A DNA stretch of 62,019 nucleotides, filler included, from Squatina squatina (GCA_031763465.1; 4 parts of 4 records of this genome joined end to end with filler, not necessarily neighbours in it), one strand, 5' to 3'; numbered from the whole stretch's first letter, positions 26,648-38,100 are shown. The notes: generated from the sequence alone by a model not told the origin. Numbers and translations: made by a program.

Positions 26648-27960
26648 NNNNNNNNNNNNNNNNNNNNNNNNNNNNNNNNNNNNNNNNNNNNNNNNNNNNN
26701 NNNNNNNNNNNNNNNNNNNNNNNNNNNNNNNNNNNNNNNNNNNNNNNCTCCCCTTAATGGTGGCAGGATGCAATATGCAGCAATAAGCAATTCAAAGTAA
26801 TGTTAATGTGTGTGTGTGTATTTTTTTAGTGTCATATAAACGTTAATGCTCATCAGAGAGATTTTTTTTAACCATAGCTGTGAATTCCACTGTAAAATGG
26901 AACATGTTTTTAAAAAAATATGATTTTAAAATTCATTACATAGTGCAGCTCAGTGAAGTTAGTGTTGCTTAGGAGACAAGCAGCGTGCTGCTGGCACCAA
27001 TTAAACCCTGCCACACATCCACAGTGTAGTTATGCACTTTGAAGAATCTCCGATTTTCTGTGTGAATGTATATTAAAAATCAATATGGTGTTAGTGACAG
27101 AAACAAGCTGTATTTAAGTGAACCTAAAAAAAGGGACTTTGTAGTATTACAACAGATAATGTAATAATAAAGTAGGAATATGGCATCTGGCTAGAACTGC
27201 AGTATTTTTGAAGTTTGCCGTCAGAATTTCTTTTACAATGTGCCAAAGATGATGGGGTAGATGTTCGTCTTCACTGCAATTAAATGAAAAGCAGGCTGTT
27301 TTGCTAAAGGGTGTGCAATCTGACCCGCCAGTTTACCACCCAGGTGGCGAAGAAAAAAATCTGCCTCCCTTTCCTTTNNNNNNNNNNNNNNNNNNNNNNN
27401 NNNNNNNNNNNNNNNNNNNNNNNNNNNNNNNNNNNNNNNNNNNNNNNNNNNNNNNNNNNNNNNNNNNNNNNNNNNNNTGGAATGAAGACGAAACATGATC
27501 TTCTTTGTTTTCCTTTGCAAAATAGAAATCAGATTCACTTAACAATATCCAATTAAGTGGAATATACTAAGATTATAACTTGTGTACCCATATATGCTCC
27601 AATTTCTGGTGATTTAATCATTGTACTGCAAAGTGTAAAGCTATTTATTAGAACAGGAGAAAATGTCATTATAATTACCCCAAGTGCCACAGAAGCTTGA
27701 ATGTCACCTGTTAAAACCACCCAGCAAAAGGCTCTTAACGCAGAACTATTAATTAATATGCACTCTGAAACATTCCGAAAAGCAGCACTTACAACAGACT
27801 TGCAATTTTTTAGATGTGGGACATAAGTGACGATGAGATCATTTCAATGAGCATTGGATTGTTACCCATGCCGATTGTGCTTTCATTTGTCTTCTCAGTA
27901 GGTATTGATGCAGTGCTGCAAAGCTTTAAACTATGGTACTCCCTGCAGACTGGTAGGACA

Positions 27961-27983
27961 AACAATGGAGTTACCATGGCAAC
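27961..27983. promoter_or_regulatory. Adjacent SOX (AACAATGG) and RFX X-box (GTTACCATGGCAAC) motifs
   Basis: Motif match only; in unique sequence between KCNC2 and TRHDE. Confidence 0.3.
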
Positions 27984-28182
27984 TACTTATTAGAGTATTC
28001 ATGAAATTTTGTACAATATTGAAAAAGAAATCAGCGAGACACGATGCATAGTGCATGCTTTGATATCTAATGAGTTATAATTGTTCGAATCCAAATGTTG
28101 CAGAGACTCAAAACTCCACAATATTTTGTTTATATACAGGTCACATCATTCGTACTTTGATAACTAGTCCAATATATCGGAT

Positions 28183-28409
28183 ACAAAAGCAAAATACTGC
28201 GGATGCTGGAATCTAGAATATAAAATGCTGGAAAAATTTGCAGGTCCGGCAACATTATTGAGAGGAAAACAGAGTCAACTTTTCGGGTCGATGACCCTTC
28301 GTCAGAACTGAAAAAAGTCAGAAATGCAGGATGTTTTCAAGCACCTGCAGGGGCAGGGAAAGTGGGGAGGGGGAGGAAAGAACAAAGGGAAAGATCAGTG
28401 ATTGGGTGG
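28183..28409. mobile_element. Penelope-like element terminal repeat (pLTR)
   Basis: 'aaaagcaaaatactgcggatgctggaatct…aaaatgctggaaa…gcaggtccggcaac…agagtcaacttttcgggtcgatgacccttcgtcagaactg'. Confidence 0.75.
28271..28310 (-). ncRNA. Minimal type I hammerhead ribozyme motif (degenerate)
   Basis: Minus strand CAGTT-CTGACGA-A-GGGTC-ATC-GACCC-GAAA-AGTT-GACT: core boxes, 5-bp stem II and stem I (AGUU/GACU); the C after GAAA reads A. Confidence 0.6.
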
Positions 28410-29317
28410 NNNNNNNNNNNNNNNNNNNNNNNNNNNNNNNNNNNNNNNNNNNNNNNNNNNNNNNNNNNNNNNNNNNNNNNNNNNNNNNNNNNNNNNNNNN
28501 NNNNNNNNNACGCGTAAGTAATGGTGATTTGGGAGAAATTCTGAGAGTGTCAGATCTGTATGGAAACCAGCGTGAAGGGCAGTGGGGTGAAAAAAGATTT
28601 TTTTTTTTAAAAACCCAGAAGGCAATGTATTATAGGTTACTGTACAAAATTTTATTAGTGTTAAAATTCCATATTTTTCTGTTTAAAATACATATGCTAT
28701 AGGTTTTCATTTAGAAAATCCACAATATCAATAACATGAAATGGGCTAAATTCAAGTTTTCTCTTTATTTCTCTCTGTATTCTGTGGAATGCTTCTCAAA
28801 TTGTACTGTGTTTAAACTGGGTTTAACTTTCAATTATCATGGTTTTAAGCACATTTGCGTATTTCTAAAGGCTGCATTACCTTGTCCAATTTTCCATACT
28901 GATTGTCCTCAACAGTCATTGTGCTTTCAAACATTTGCATAATATTACCATTTTTCGGTACGAGAACATTGCAAAGACACAAAATTGAAAATTTTGAAAG
29001 CTTGCATGCTGGAATACGGAAAGGGAAAAAAAACAATCATGCATAAAATACATCTCAATCCATACCTTTCTCCACTGACTGTTAATAACATGCACTAGTT
29101 GTAAATACATTCTTTGTCCCATAAAGCCGTATCTCATTTTTAAAGCAGATCTTTTTTTTATTCTCCTCCCAGAAGGAATGTTGTAATCTGCAGAGAAATA
29201 GCCAGTGCAAATCTGCAGTGCATTCCTTCTTCCCCTTTCTCACAAAAGTAGAGAATTTTTAAATGATACAAATGCGTCAAAGTACTTCATGCTATAAATA
29301 TTTAGAAGTGTTACAAA

Positions 29318-29461
29318 TTAACTGTTCAGGGATTTCCTGAGCCATTGGAACAGCTCTTCTTCAAAGAGACCATGCCACCGAACATTTGCTTCCACAATTT
29401 CAATGGCTTGTGAGAACGAGGCATCTGTTCCCTCTCCGAGGCTCTTTATAAAGCCCTTCAG
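29318..29461 (-). CDS. TRHDE: TRH-degrading ectoenzyme, last coding exon
   Basis: ttcaattttacag| LKGFIKSLGEGTDASFSQAIEIVEANVRWHGLFEEELFQWLRKSLNS*, versus human …ASFSRAVETVEANVRWKMLYQDELFQWLGKALRH*. Confidence 0.92.
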   Translation of the reverse strand: MKGFIKSLGEGTDASFSQAIEIVEANVRWHGLFEEELFQWLRKSLNS

Positions 29462-29843
29462 CTGTAAAATTGAAAGCATTTAATAAGTAGCTTGGAATTG
29501 CAAAAAGAAGCTTGCTGTGGTAAACGAGCACAGCTTGTGACGATGCCTTTTACAGACCAGATTCATTAAATAAAAAATATCTACAATTCTACCTTTCATT
29601 CTGTTTTTACCTCACAAATTTAATTTAATTTTAATTTGTCCCTGTCTAAAATATGATGCCTGTAAAAATTAAGGATGGTGCGGGGGGGGGTGGGGGGTGG
29701 TGCGGTTTAGACCTCAACCCGAAATGGGCGCAAGGCTGCCGTCNNNNNNNNNNNNNNNNNNNNNNNNNNNNNNNNNNNNNNNNNNNNNNNNNNNNNNNNN
29801 NNNNNNNNNNNNNNNNNNNNNNNNNNNNNNNNNNNNNNNNNNN

Positions 29844-29911
29844 CTTCTGTACTCAGAAACTCTGTCACACCTTTGATGAGTCTGGAGTTCATAAACAAAG
29901 CTTCTCCATAT
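29844..29911 (-). CDS. TRHDE: TRHDE penultimate exon (3' part lost in gap)
   Basis: tttttccttacag| (R)YGEALFMNSRLIKGVTEFLSTE. Confidence 0.92.
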
Positions 29912-30053
29912 CTGTAAGGAAAAATTATAAATCTTAATTAACACATATGCTCACTGCATAAATCAGGCATTTTATTTTGGCTCCATTTTCAGTAAAGATT
30001 TATATTTGCTTGTTCCTATGAATGATTTCATTGAATAATTTTGCTTTGTTTAC

Positions 30054-30194
30054 CTTGAATTAAAAATGGCCCACTTATCCTGGAAAAATTTCCAGGCTAA
30101 ATCTCGTCCATTTGGATATTTAGCCACATGAATTATAACATCTATGGTATTCTGATCAGGAACCAATTGGGAGTTTAGCGACAGGTTAAGAAGC
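30054..30194 (-). CDS. TRHDE: TRHDE internal exon (141 nt, phase 2-2)
   Basis: tcttttcag|…|gtaaac; LLNLSLNSQLVPDQNTIDVIIHVAKYPNGRDLAWKFFQDKWAIFNS(R). Confidence 0.93.
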
Positions 30195-30295
30195 CTGAAA
30201 AGATAGAAATCAGTTATATTGGTCCTTAAAATACTTTCATTTTGAAAAAGACATGAAAGACTTTCTGGTTTAACACAGTTTGATGGCCGATTAAC

Positions 30296-30371
30296 CTGTT
30301 CAGCAAAAAGGTATTTTTACTGCATGCTAAAGCCTCCAGTAGAATTTTCTTCTCCGAAACTGCAGTTGAGG
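30296..30371 (-). CDS. TRHDE: TRHDE internal exon (5' part lost in gap)
   Basis: STAVSEKKILLEALACSKNTFLLN(R)|gttaat; 101-nt intron to the next exon, phase compatible. Confidence 0.9.
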
Positions 30372-30576
30372 NNNNNNNNNNNNNNNNNNNNNNNNNNNNN
30401 NNNNNNNNNNNNNNNNNNNNNNNNNNNNNNNNNNNNNNNNNNNNNNNNNNNNNNNNNNNNNNNNNNNNNNNACAGGCCTCTATCAGCACTTACGACACAG
30501 ACAATACATAAAGACAGAACACAACCCTTACAACAGACTCATAATTCAATTTGATTTAAATCATAGTACTGCTGAA

Positions 30577-30711
30577 CAATGTTCCTGTCAATTTTTTATT
30601 TGGGTGCGCGGCCCATTTAAAATACCACGCATGCTTGGTTTATCGCATTGAAGAGCCGCCTGTGCAGGAGTTCGAGAGAGCTGCGCAACCATGAGTTTCA
30701 GGGGAACATTG
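30577..30711. mobile_element. hAT-type MITE in a TRHDE intron
   Basis: TIRs caatgttcc…ggaacattg with a perfect 8-bp TSD ctgctgaa (30569-30576, 30712-30719). Confidence 0.85.
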
Positions 30712-31052
30712 CTGCTGAATAGCAGCAACTTGTGTTATAGAGTACATAAAACAACACCAATGCAATTAATATTACACTGGTAAATTGTTTCCCCTCCCCC
30801 ATTATTAGTATTTTCCGACATTTTTTCCTTGTTCAAGTGGAGCATTGGGTTAGTGTCTGTAGCTGCAAGGATTTACTGAGTTTCTAGTTTTACAAAATAT
30901 ACCTGGCTAGATTGAAAGCATCATCGATCAGACCTGCTCGGTTGCCAACTGAGATCACCTGTCAGGGTCAACCAGAAAAAGAAGCTATTCAGCACTGCGA
31001 AACACACCAGATGCAAAACAGTATCACTAACACCAGAGCGCATATTATTTAC

Positions 31053-31186
31053 CTCAGGATTGGTCATGAGCTGTTCAATTAACAATCTACAGTTCCTCAA
31101 ATCATAGTTGACCCGAAAGTAGCCAGTCTGATTAAGGTTTCCTAAAAGCCAATTATTTTTATCCAAGAAACTGATTCTGTGATGCT
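31053..31186 (-). CDS. TRHDE: TRHDE internal exon (134 nt, phase 1-0)
   Basis: tttctatttgacag|…|gtaaat; (E)HHRISFLDKNNWLLGNLNQTGYFRVNYDLRNCRLLIEQLMTNPE. Confidence 0.93.
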
Positions 31187-31279
31187 CTGTCAAATAGAAA
31201 GAAAACTAAAGGTTAGTTCATTTAAAATTAGCATTCAGGTACCTTCCATTTGATATAGAATGGTGTCTGCTATCCTGGT

Positions 31280-31857
31280 ACTTTGTGGGGGAGGGGGGGT
31301 GGCAGTAGTGCTCAGCGTGAGCTCCTGGCCATTTTAACTCCCGGACCTCATTTGAAGAAAGGAAGACAGTCTCCCTCCTCACACCACCAGCACTGTGGTC
31401 AGGGTCGATGGGCAGGCACAATAATCAGGTTGGGTGCCCAAGGATGCCAGGCACGCAAGGGAATGGTTCTCGGCATAAGATCAGCGCTGGGGAGGAGGCC
31501 TGGCAGCCGATAACGGAGGTGAGAGGGAGAGGCAAGGCCGGGGTTGGGTGGGCAAGGACTCCTTGTGGGGCTCGGGGGCACACTGCTGCTCCTCTTGACC
31601 CTCCCAGGAATTCCACAGAATAGTTACATTTTTTTAAACTCAGCTTGGCCTCTTCCGATCACTCTGTAGCCCCGCCGTCGTTTGATTGCTGGGGTTGAAC
31701 CCACGCAGGCCGCAACTTTCCAATGTAAAGTAGGCCCTCGCCTGCTTGTTCCCAGGTAGGTTAAGGTGGTGGCAGGTGTACGGATAGGGATTGCTCCCCT
31801 TACCATCTTAACCCGCCACCACCCGCACCATTTCTGGTGGGCGAGAGTTAAAATCTA
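31280..31857. mobile_element. GC-rich non-autonomous DNA transposon (Harbinger-like)
   Basis: GC-rich island ending 'ggcgagagttaaaatctac'; no coding signal. Confidence 0.4.
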
Positions 31858-32024
31858 CTCCATCATCCTTCTGTCTAAAGGAATTATCGAACAACTGAAA
31901 ACTCTTAACAATTCCGTGTAGTAGTTCATCAGCAATAATGGGGTCAATTTACCTTCAGGGATCAAACAATTACTTTTAGATCTTACTTGCTTTCAACACA
32001 AAGTGAGTCAGTTCGAATAATAGA

Positions 32025-32162
32025 TAGAACATTCTTTGTTCCAGTCCTGCTCAGGCCCCCTCCCCAACCTCTTTTTCTGGTACAATGATGACTGTATCGG
32101 TGCCGTTTCCTGCTCCCGCCCCGAATTAGAAAATTTCATTCACTTTGCCGCCAACTTCCACT
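32025..32162 (+). mobile_element. Penelope-like reverse transcriptase fragment
   Basis: SLFQSCSGPLPNLFFWYNDDCIGAVSCSRPELENFIHFAANFH matches the Penelope RYIDDC…FINFA..FHP region with a mutated YIDD. Confidence 0.85.
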
Positions 32163-32262
32163 NNNNNNNNNNNNNNNNNNNNNNNNNNNNNNNNNNNNNN
32201 NNNNNNNNNNNNNNNNNNNNNNNNNNNNNNNNNNNNNNNNNNNNNNNNNNNNNNNNNNNNNN

Positions 32263-32330
32263 GCATTTTCCCCACTACTGATGTTAGGCTAACCGGTCTG
32301 TAATTCCCTGTTTTTTCGCTCCCTCCTTTT
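32263..32330 (-). mobile_element. CR1 ORF2 RT fragment
   Basis: Minus strand encodes KGGSEKTGNYRPVSLTSVVGKM. Confidence 0.85.
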
Positions 32331-32409
32331 AGGGTAGGGAAAGAAAAGTGATGGGGATGTAATGAGAGGCACAGCAGGATGAGTTTGAGTGTGGTTTTGT
32401 TCTAACGTT

Positions 32410-32930
32410 TTGTGATCTAATGAGATCATTAAAACATTTGTGGCATAGCACCCAGGTCCTCCTGACAGCATCCTTGCTTGTCCCTTCCTCTGCAATGTGT
32501 TCACAGGCTATGTGGATCGCCGAGGGAGGTCTCTTCCGCCCATAGGAAGGGAAGAGGACCTCCCCTGTGTTCCTTGCCTCCCTCCATAAAGCCCACTTGA
32601 CAGAAACTCAGGAGTACACGTTAGTGTAGAGCTATGTTTTGACATCCAGAAAAGACAATTTCAGCTCCTTATGAGGTACGAAATGCTAGTTTCATAGAGA
32701 ATGCTTAAATGCTCTTCTGGTGTCCAAGCAGCTGTCAGCCACAGCACCTTCTTGTACGCAATCCAGTCAAAGACTCTGTCAATGTCTGTTGCTTGCAGGA
32801 CCTCCTGGGATATTGGGTGCGAGCTCGCCAGACCATCAAGCAGCAACACCTCATGAAGGTCATCAGTCAGGAATCGCTGCTTCTCCTGAAATATTCACAC
32901 AAATGCAAGATCAAATCTGGGGCCTTCCGA
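32410..32930 (-). mobile_element. Harbinger Myb/SANT DNA-binding ORF remnants
   Basis: 32580 down to 32410 reads EARNTGEVLFPSYGRKRPPSAIHIACEHIAEEGTSKDAVRRTWVLCHKCFNDLIRSQ (R.W.QCRK.FNDL motif); a second, more decayed copy probably lies at 32660-32930. Confidence 0.75.
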
Positions 32931-33034
32931 GTCTGTGTGACTTAGCAAATCCTTTGATAAATCACCTGACCCACTGAAGGACCACCATTATATTTTTAAT
33001 GTTAACAAAGAGACTATTACTGTGCACCCAATGA

Positions 33035-33134
33035 NNNNNNNNNNNNNNNNNNNNNNNNNNNNNNNNNNNNNNNNNNNNTTAATTAATTAANNNNNNNNNN
33101 NNNNNNNNNNNNNNNNNNNNNNNNNNNNNNNNNN
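33035..33134. other. Artificial scaffold linker (44N + TTAATTAATTAA + 44N)
   Basis: Spacer at 33079-33090. Confidence 0.95.
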
Positions 33135-33175
33135 ACAAATATTGCCAGATTGTAGCAACCTGCTTCCCTAAAGGA

Positions 33176-33275
33176 GAGTTAACGTTTCAGGTTAATGACA
33201 AAGGGCCATTGACCTGAAGCGTTAACTCGATTTTGCCTGACCTGTTGAGTATTTCCAGCATTTTCTGTTTTTATC
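33176..33275. mobile_element. Penelope-derived inverted repeat with hammerhead remnants
   Basis: Hairpin 33176-33228 (gagttaacgtttcaggttaatg / cattgacctgaagcgttaactc) followed by 'gagtatttccagcattttctgttttt'. Confidence 0.7.
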
Positions 33276-34864
33276 CCGAAAAGAAACTCCCTGACTCTGC
33301 CCCCCAAAAAAACCCTTCCATGCCACTTCCCTAGTCCATCTTCCATAAGTCTTCCATCCACCAGTTCTAGATCCCCGGACTCCTTCTCAGTGCTCCGAAA
33401 TCATCAGAATGCATTCCCACTGCTTCCTCATACCAGGGTGACCTCCAATGCTCCTTTCTCTTCCCAAAATATGGTGCCCCACTCCCAGTGATCCCAAGAC
33501 CTGTCTTACTGTTTCCAAAACTACACCCTATAACAAGATAGGAAAAATCTCAAACCCTGGAAATCTGAAATAAAATGTGAAATAGAGGAAATGCACACAG
33601 CTGTTAGTAGATTCCTGCTAACTAAAAATCACAACAAAATTCTTGCTGAAGGTCCTATTTAATCTGTTTTACAAGTCTGTGAAAGTGCATTATCTCACCG
33701 CATCTCCAGCCATGCAAAAAATCTGCATATATCTTCCATAAAAATTACACCAACGTATTTAGAAAGGGTAAGAATTTGAGGCTATTAACTGCAGGGTGTC
33801 GTCTTCCCTGTAGACTTGTGAAGATGAGAACAAGTCATTCCGTGATTGAAGGCTCTTAAAGAAACAAGAAAATGTGGTGTGACAGGAAAGGCTGGAAGTA
33901 CAGTAAAATCTAACTCCTGGGGAGCACCACTAGACACAATGTTATTGTAGTAACAGACATCTATCGACTGAGAATGCATTATTTTCAACCAACTTGACTA
34001 AAAAAAATCCTCCCATTCATAGTCAATAGGCAGGAAATTCTAGTCCAGTAATATAGGCTGCAAACAGCAATGTTGGTCTATAATTCCAGAACATAAGCAT
34101 AAACTACTTTAACAGAAAATAGTCAAGAAATTTGACGCAGTAGCTATTTGTTAACTCAAAAATGTCAGGATACAAGGAACTTCAGGTAACCTTTCCGTAA
34201 AAAATAAAAAGCACTGATTGAGAAAAGGCTATTCAATCTATTACTTCCACTGATCATGTACAATCTATGGACTTTATCCACCTATTTGACCTCCTGAAAG
34301 AACCTTCTGTATAAATTCTTCCAGATTCCCAGAGGTAGTCAAGCAAACGTGTTGAATCTCCAGCATTTAACCATGACATGATACTTCCCAGCCCCAGTAG
34401 CACAAGACCCATCATTCCCTGTAGAGCATCTGATCACCTCAGTCTATACTTATCCCTCTAACCTTCATTTGTCACCAAATATTTATCCTGGTTAATTTTG
34501 AAGCAGTTAATCACCAAGCTGACTGTCTTTGCTGAAAGTTTGTTTCACATATCTACCAATCAGCAGAAATGTTTTTTCCAAACTTTAGTCTTGCTTGACG
34601 CATGCTACATTTCCATCAGTATTTCAAAGACCAGGATCAGAGTGACAGTTTTCAGACTAGCAGCAGACAATCTTGCCCACCACCAGTGCATATCAGAAAA
34701 ACCTGAGGACACTGCCCAATCTATTTCCGATCGATTAATTTCAGTGACCGGAAAACAACGGTCAACATGGCTGCCATTTTCCGATAAGTGCCAACAACGG
34801 ACAAGGCTTCCTGCTGCCACTGACTATTGGGAAAACTGCCCCCATTTCTCCACCCTCTCCCCAT

Positions 34865-35132
34865 GTCTTTGTGTTAATGAAAGCAAGTTCAGTTCTGTAC
34901 TCCTTTTGTAACTTAGGCATTGAAATTTTGCAAACCCCTTCACTCTTCTCTGAACTAGCTCAAATCCTTCAATGTCCTTTGGAAAATGGAGTGCCATAAA
35001 TTGCATGCAATATTCCAAATGTAGTCTCGCCACCGATTTATACAAGGTTAGAAGAACTTGTTTTGATTTAGAGACAAATGCCTTTGAGATACATCCTAGT
35101 ATTTGATTACCTTTGTTGATAACGGTTTCACA
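34865..35132 (-). mobile_element. Old CR1-group LINE ORF2 C-terminal fragment
   Basis: KGNQILGCISK…VLLTLYKSVARLHLEYCMQF…KDIEGFELVQRR. Confidence 0.85.
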
Positions 35133-38100
35133 NNNNNNNNNNNNNNNNNNNNNNNNNNNNNNNNNNNNNNNNNNNNNNNNNNNNNNNNNNNNNNNNNNNN
35201 NNNNNNNNNNNNNNNNNNNNNNNNNNNNNNNNAAAGCCCAGAAGCTTGAGCAGCGTGTCAATGTTGAGCAAGTGGCACGGCCACAATGAATCAGTGACCT
35301 GTATTAATTGACTATAAATGAATATTTGAGATACTTTCACTGGTAAATCACTTCTAAACAAGATCTGAATAGAATTCAGCTCAACATGAAACAAATGACT
35401 CCTGTGTACGCAGGTTTCTCTGAAAAGGTTTTTAATGCTCTTGGGTCATATTCCATTAACTCTGAATCCCCCAAAGCACCTTCATCATCACTTATCAGTC
35501 ATTCTGTCATCACTTCTATCTATACATTGTTGATCTTGGCAGCTCCATACACAGTTCTGCTCACCGTGCTCACTGTAGCTCTGCAATGACTGTGATATGC
35601 ACAGCTTAAAACTAGGTTAATGGTGTGTAGGAGAATAGGGACAGAGAGACAACTCTTTACACAGCATATTTATTACCTGTCAGGGTTTGGCTCCTCCAAA
35701 GGTTAATTTTTGTGCTTCTGAAATAGCAGACAGGTATCTGGCTCAAATAGTTAACATAACGCACAAACAGCTGTACAAAACTGTTGCAATTTAAGTCTAG
35801 ACACGTGCATTTATTTTCTTGATGCATTGTGTAGAAAAAACTATTGATCAAAGTATTGTACACAGCTATAACTAGGAATCTNNNNNNNNNNNNNNNNNNN
35901 NNNNNNNNNNNNNNNNNNNNNNNNNNNNNNNNNNNNNNNNNNNNNNNNNNNNNNNNNNNNNNNNNNNNNNNNNNNNNNNNNATGATTTCAAAGACAGATA
36001 GAGGTCAAGCAGTGGGGAAATATCAAATTATTTAAGAGATCACAATCAGCCCCTCAGACTACAAGAGTCACACTTCTAAAAGCAGCATATAAACTTTTTG
36101 ATAAGTTCAAAGTCAACTGTTCACTACCAACAACAACTTGTATTTCTATAGCGCCTTTAATGTCGTGAAAAGTCCCAAGGCTCTTCACAGGAGTATTTAT
36201 TTGAGTCCTAACTGTGTTCCTGTGGTTTTTAAATTCCCAGCCCTTCCCTTTAATTGTCTGAGATCTGTTGCTCTGCCTCTGGTTAGACTGCCTAATACAA
36301 GAAGTTCTCCTGCCCATCATCTTTCCTGCCTCAACTTCTCCTACCTCCCCCCCCCAGAAAGCAGGCTGGCTGCCGACCTCCTCCTGACAAATACTTGAGG
36401 TGATAATATCATAGATAAAAAGTTAGAAGACAGGACTTTTAATTGAAAATGCAATTGTGCAGTATTTGGAGTACTACAATTAGCTTACACCCCCTTGAGC
36501 AAAGAGCCTACCAACAGGTGGAGAATAGCCTCTTGGGCTAAGTACAGGAGGGCAATGAGCACCCATAGAACCAGATCCAGTATTTCAGGAAAGGAGGGAA
36601 GAAAAGTGAAGGAAATTTAGATGGTGAAGTGTAATGGAGTGGAGTTGGGAAGAATGAATCATTGAAATACATTTGTCATTATTTTCCTTTTTTTACAAAA
36701 AGGCACAAAGTGTCTGATACACATCTATTAAAATTCATATGATTGTTTAGGTTGGACAAAGCTGAAAAAGTGCTGTGAACTAATGAGAAAAATAATTATT
36801 CTCCCTTAAATTTTATGTAATAGTAAACTGCATAATCTTTCGGTTGGATTAGAATTTTATCTGCATTTTAATCACTTAAATAGACCTGTTGCTGTAATCT
36901 AACAGGTTAATCTTTGATGTGAAAGTACATCAGTTAATCAGTTGAATCCAATACATTGGTATGCGTCATTCACTATTAAATTAAATGATTATATCCTGCC
37001 CAGGACTTCTTGCCCATTTCAGCAGTGTGCTCAGGTAATAAGAAAGCATCCTCTGAGTACAGTAGATACTCCGATAAAAAGGAAAAAAATGCAAATGTTT
37101 GAAATCTGAAGTAAAACAGAAAATGCTGGAAAAGAGAAATAATAGGTTAATGTTTTGGGTATACACATTTTGTCAGGCTGGAAACTGGAGCATAAGCAAA
37201 TCCCTTTGTACTAACAGTTCAGAGGAAAACAGACGACTCATACTTGTGTTAAACTTAGTGGACTGATTTGTTGGTTTTACCATTATGAGACTCTGCCCCA
37301 CCCTCAATTGGATTAGATGACCTATGTTGATAGAGTACTAGGCAAACCAATGACAAAAGACACGGGAGATTCACAAAGCACATGGAATCCCCATTTGTGG
37401 CATTAGTGTAAAGCTCCATTTTTAGCTCTGCATTGTCCAGTTATCTGCCTTTCATAGTATTTTATTCCAGGTGGGATTTATTGTGGTTAACTTCACAGTG
37501 GAAACCAATATTAATCGAGGCTATATCAAGTGTCACAGACTGGAGTGCTTCATCTTTTCCCAGAATGCCTGCGCTTATCTGAGTTTGGTTACTGGGTGCA
37601 GGTATTGCGTGAGAAGTGCCTAATCCTTTGTTTAATATTAACTGAGCATGCAAACAAAGCATGCAGGACTCTCGCCAGTCCTTGCTGGCTAAGAGTGCTA
37701 TTCTGGCATGCAGTATAATGCTGATATCGAACCCAAAAATGGAAAAAGCAGAACCTGGCCTTAGCCTTTCACCTAGGTTTCCCAGTAAAATGAAATCTGC
37801 AATCTATTGGGTTGAGCTGTTAAAATATCTTTGATTTTTACCTGTGCACACCTAGCAGTGAGATGTAACTCTTTGGGTATGGAATCCACTTTCTGTTGCT
37901 AGTACAATTTCTGATCACTATGCCATTAATTGGTCTACACCAACAGTAATAGCCAATAACAAAATAGTGGATGAAAAGGCTTTCTTAAAAATGAAACCAA
38001 ATATAATTGTGTTTAAAGTACAGCAAACAGAATTGGTTTCCTGATTAGAATTTTAATTTTTTTGCAGTAATTATTACCAACAACTGTAGATGTACAATTA

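Noticed and set aside
30040-30200. Initially looked like an old SINE remnant
   Set aside because: It is a canonical TRHDE coding exon on the minus strand.
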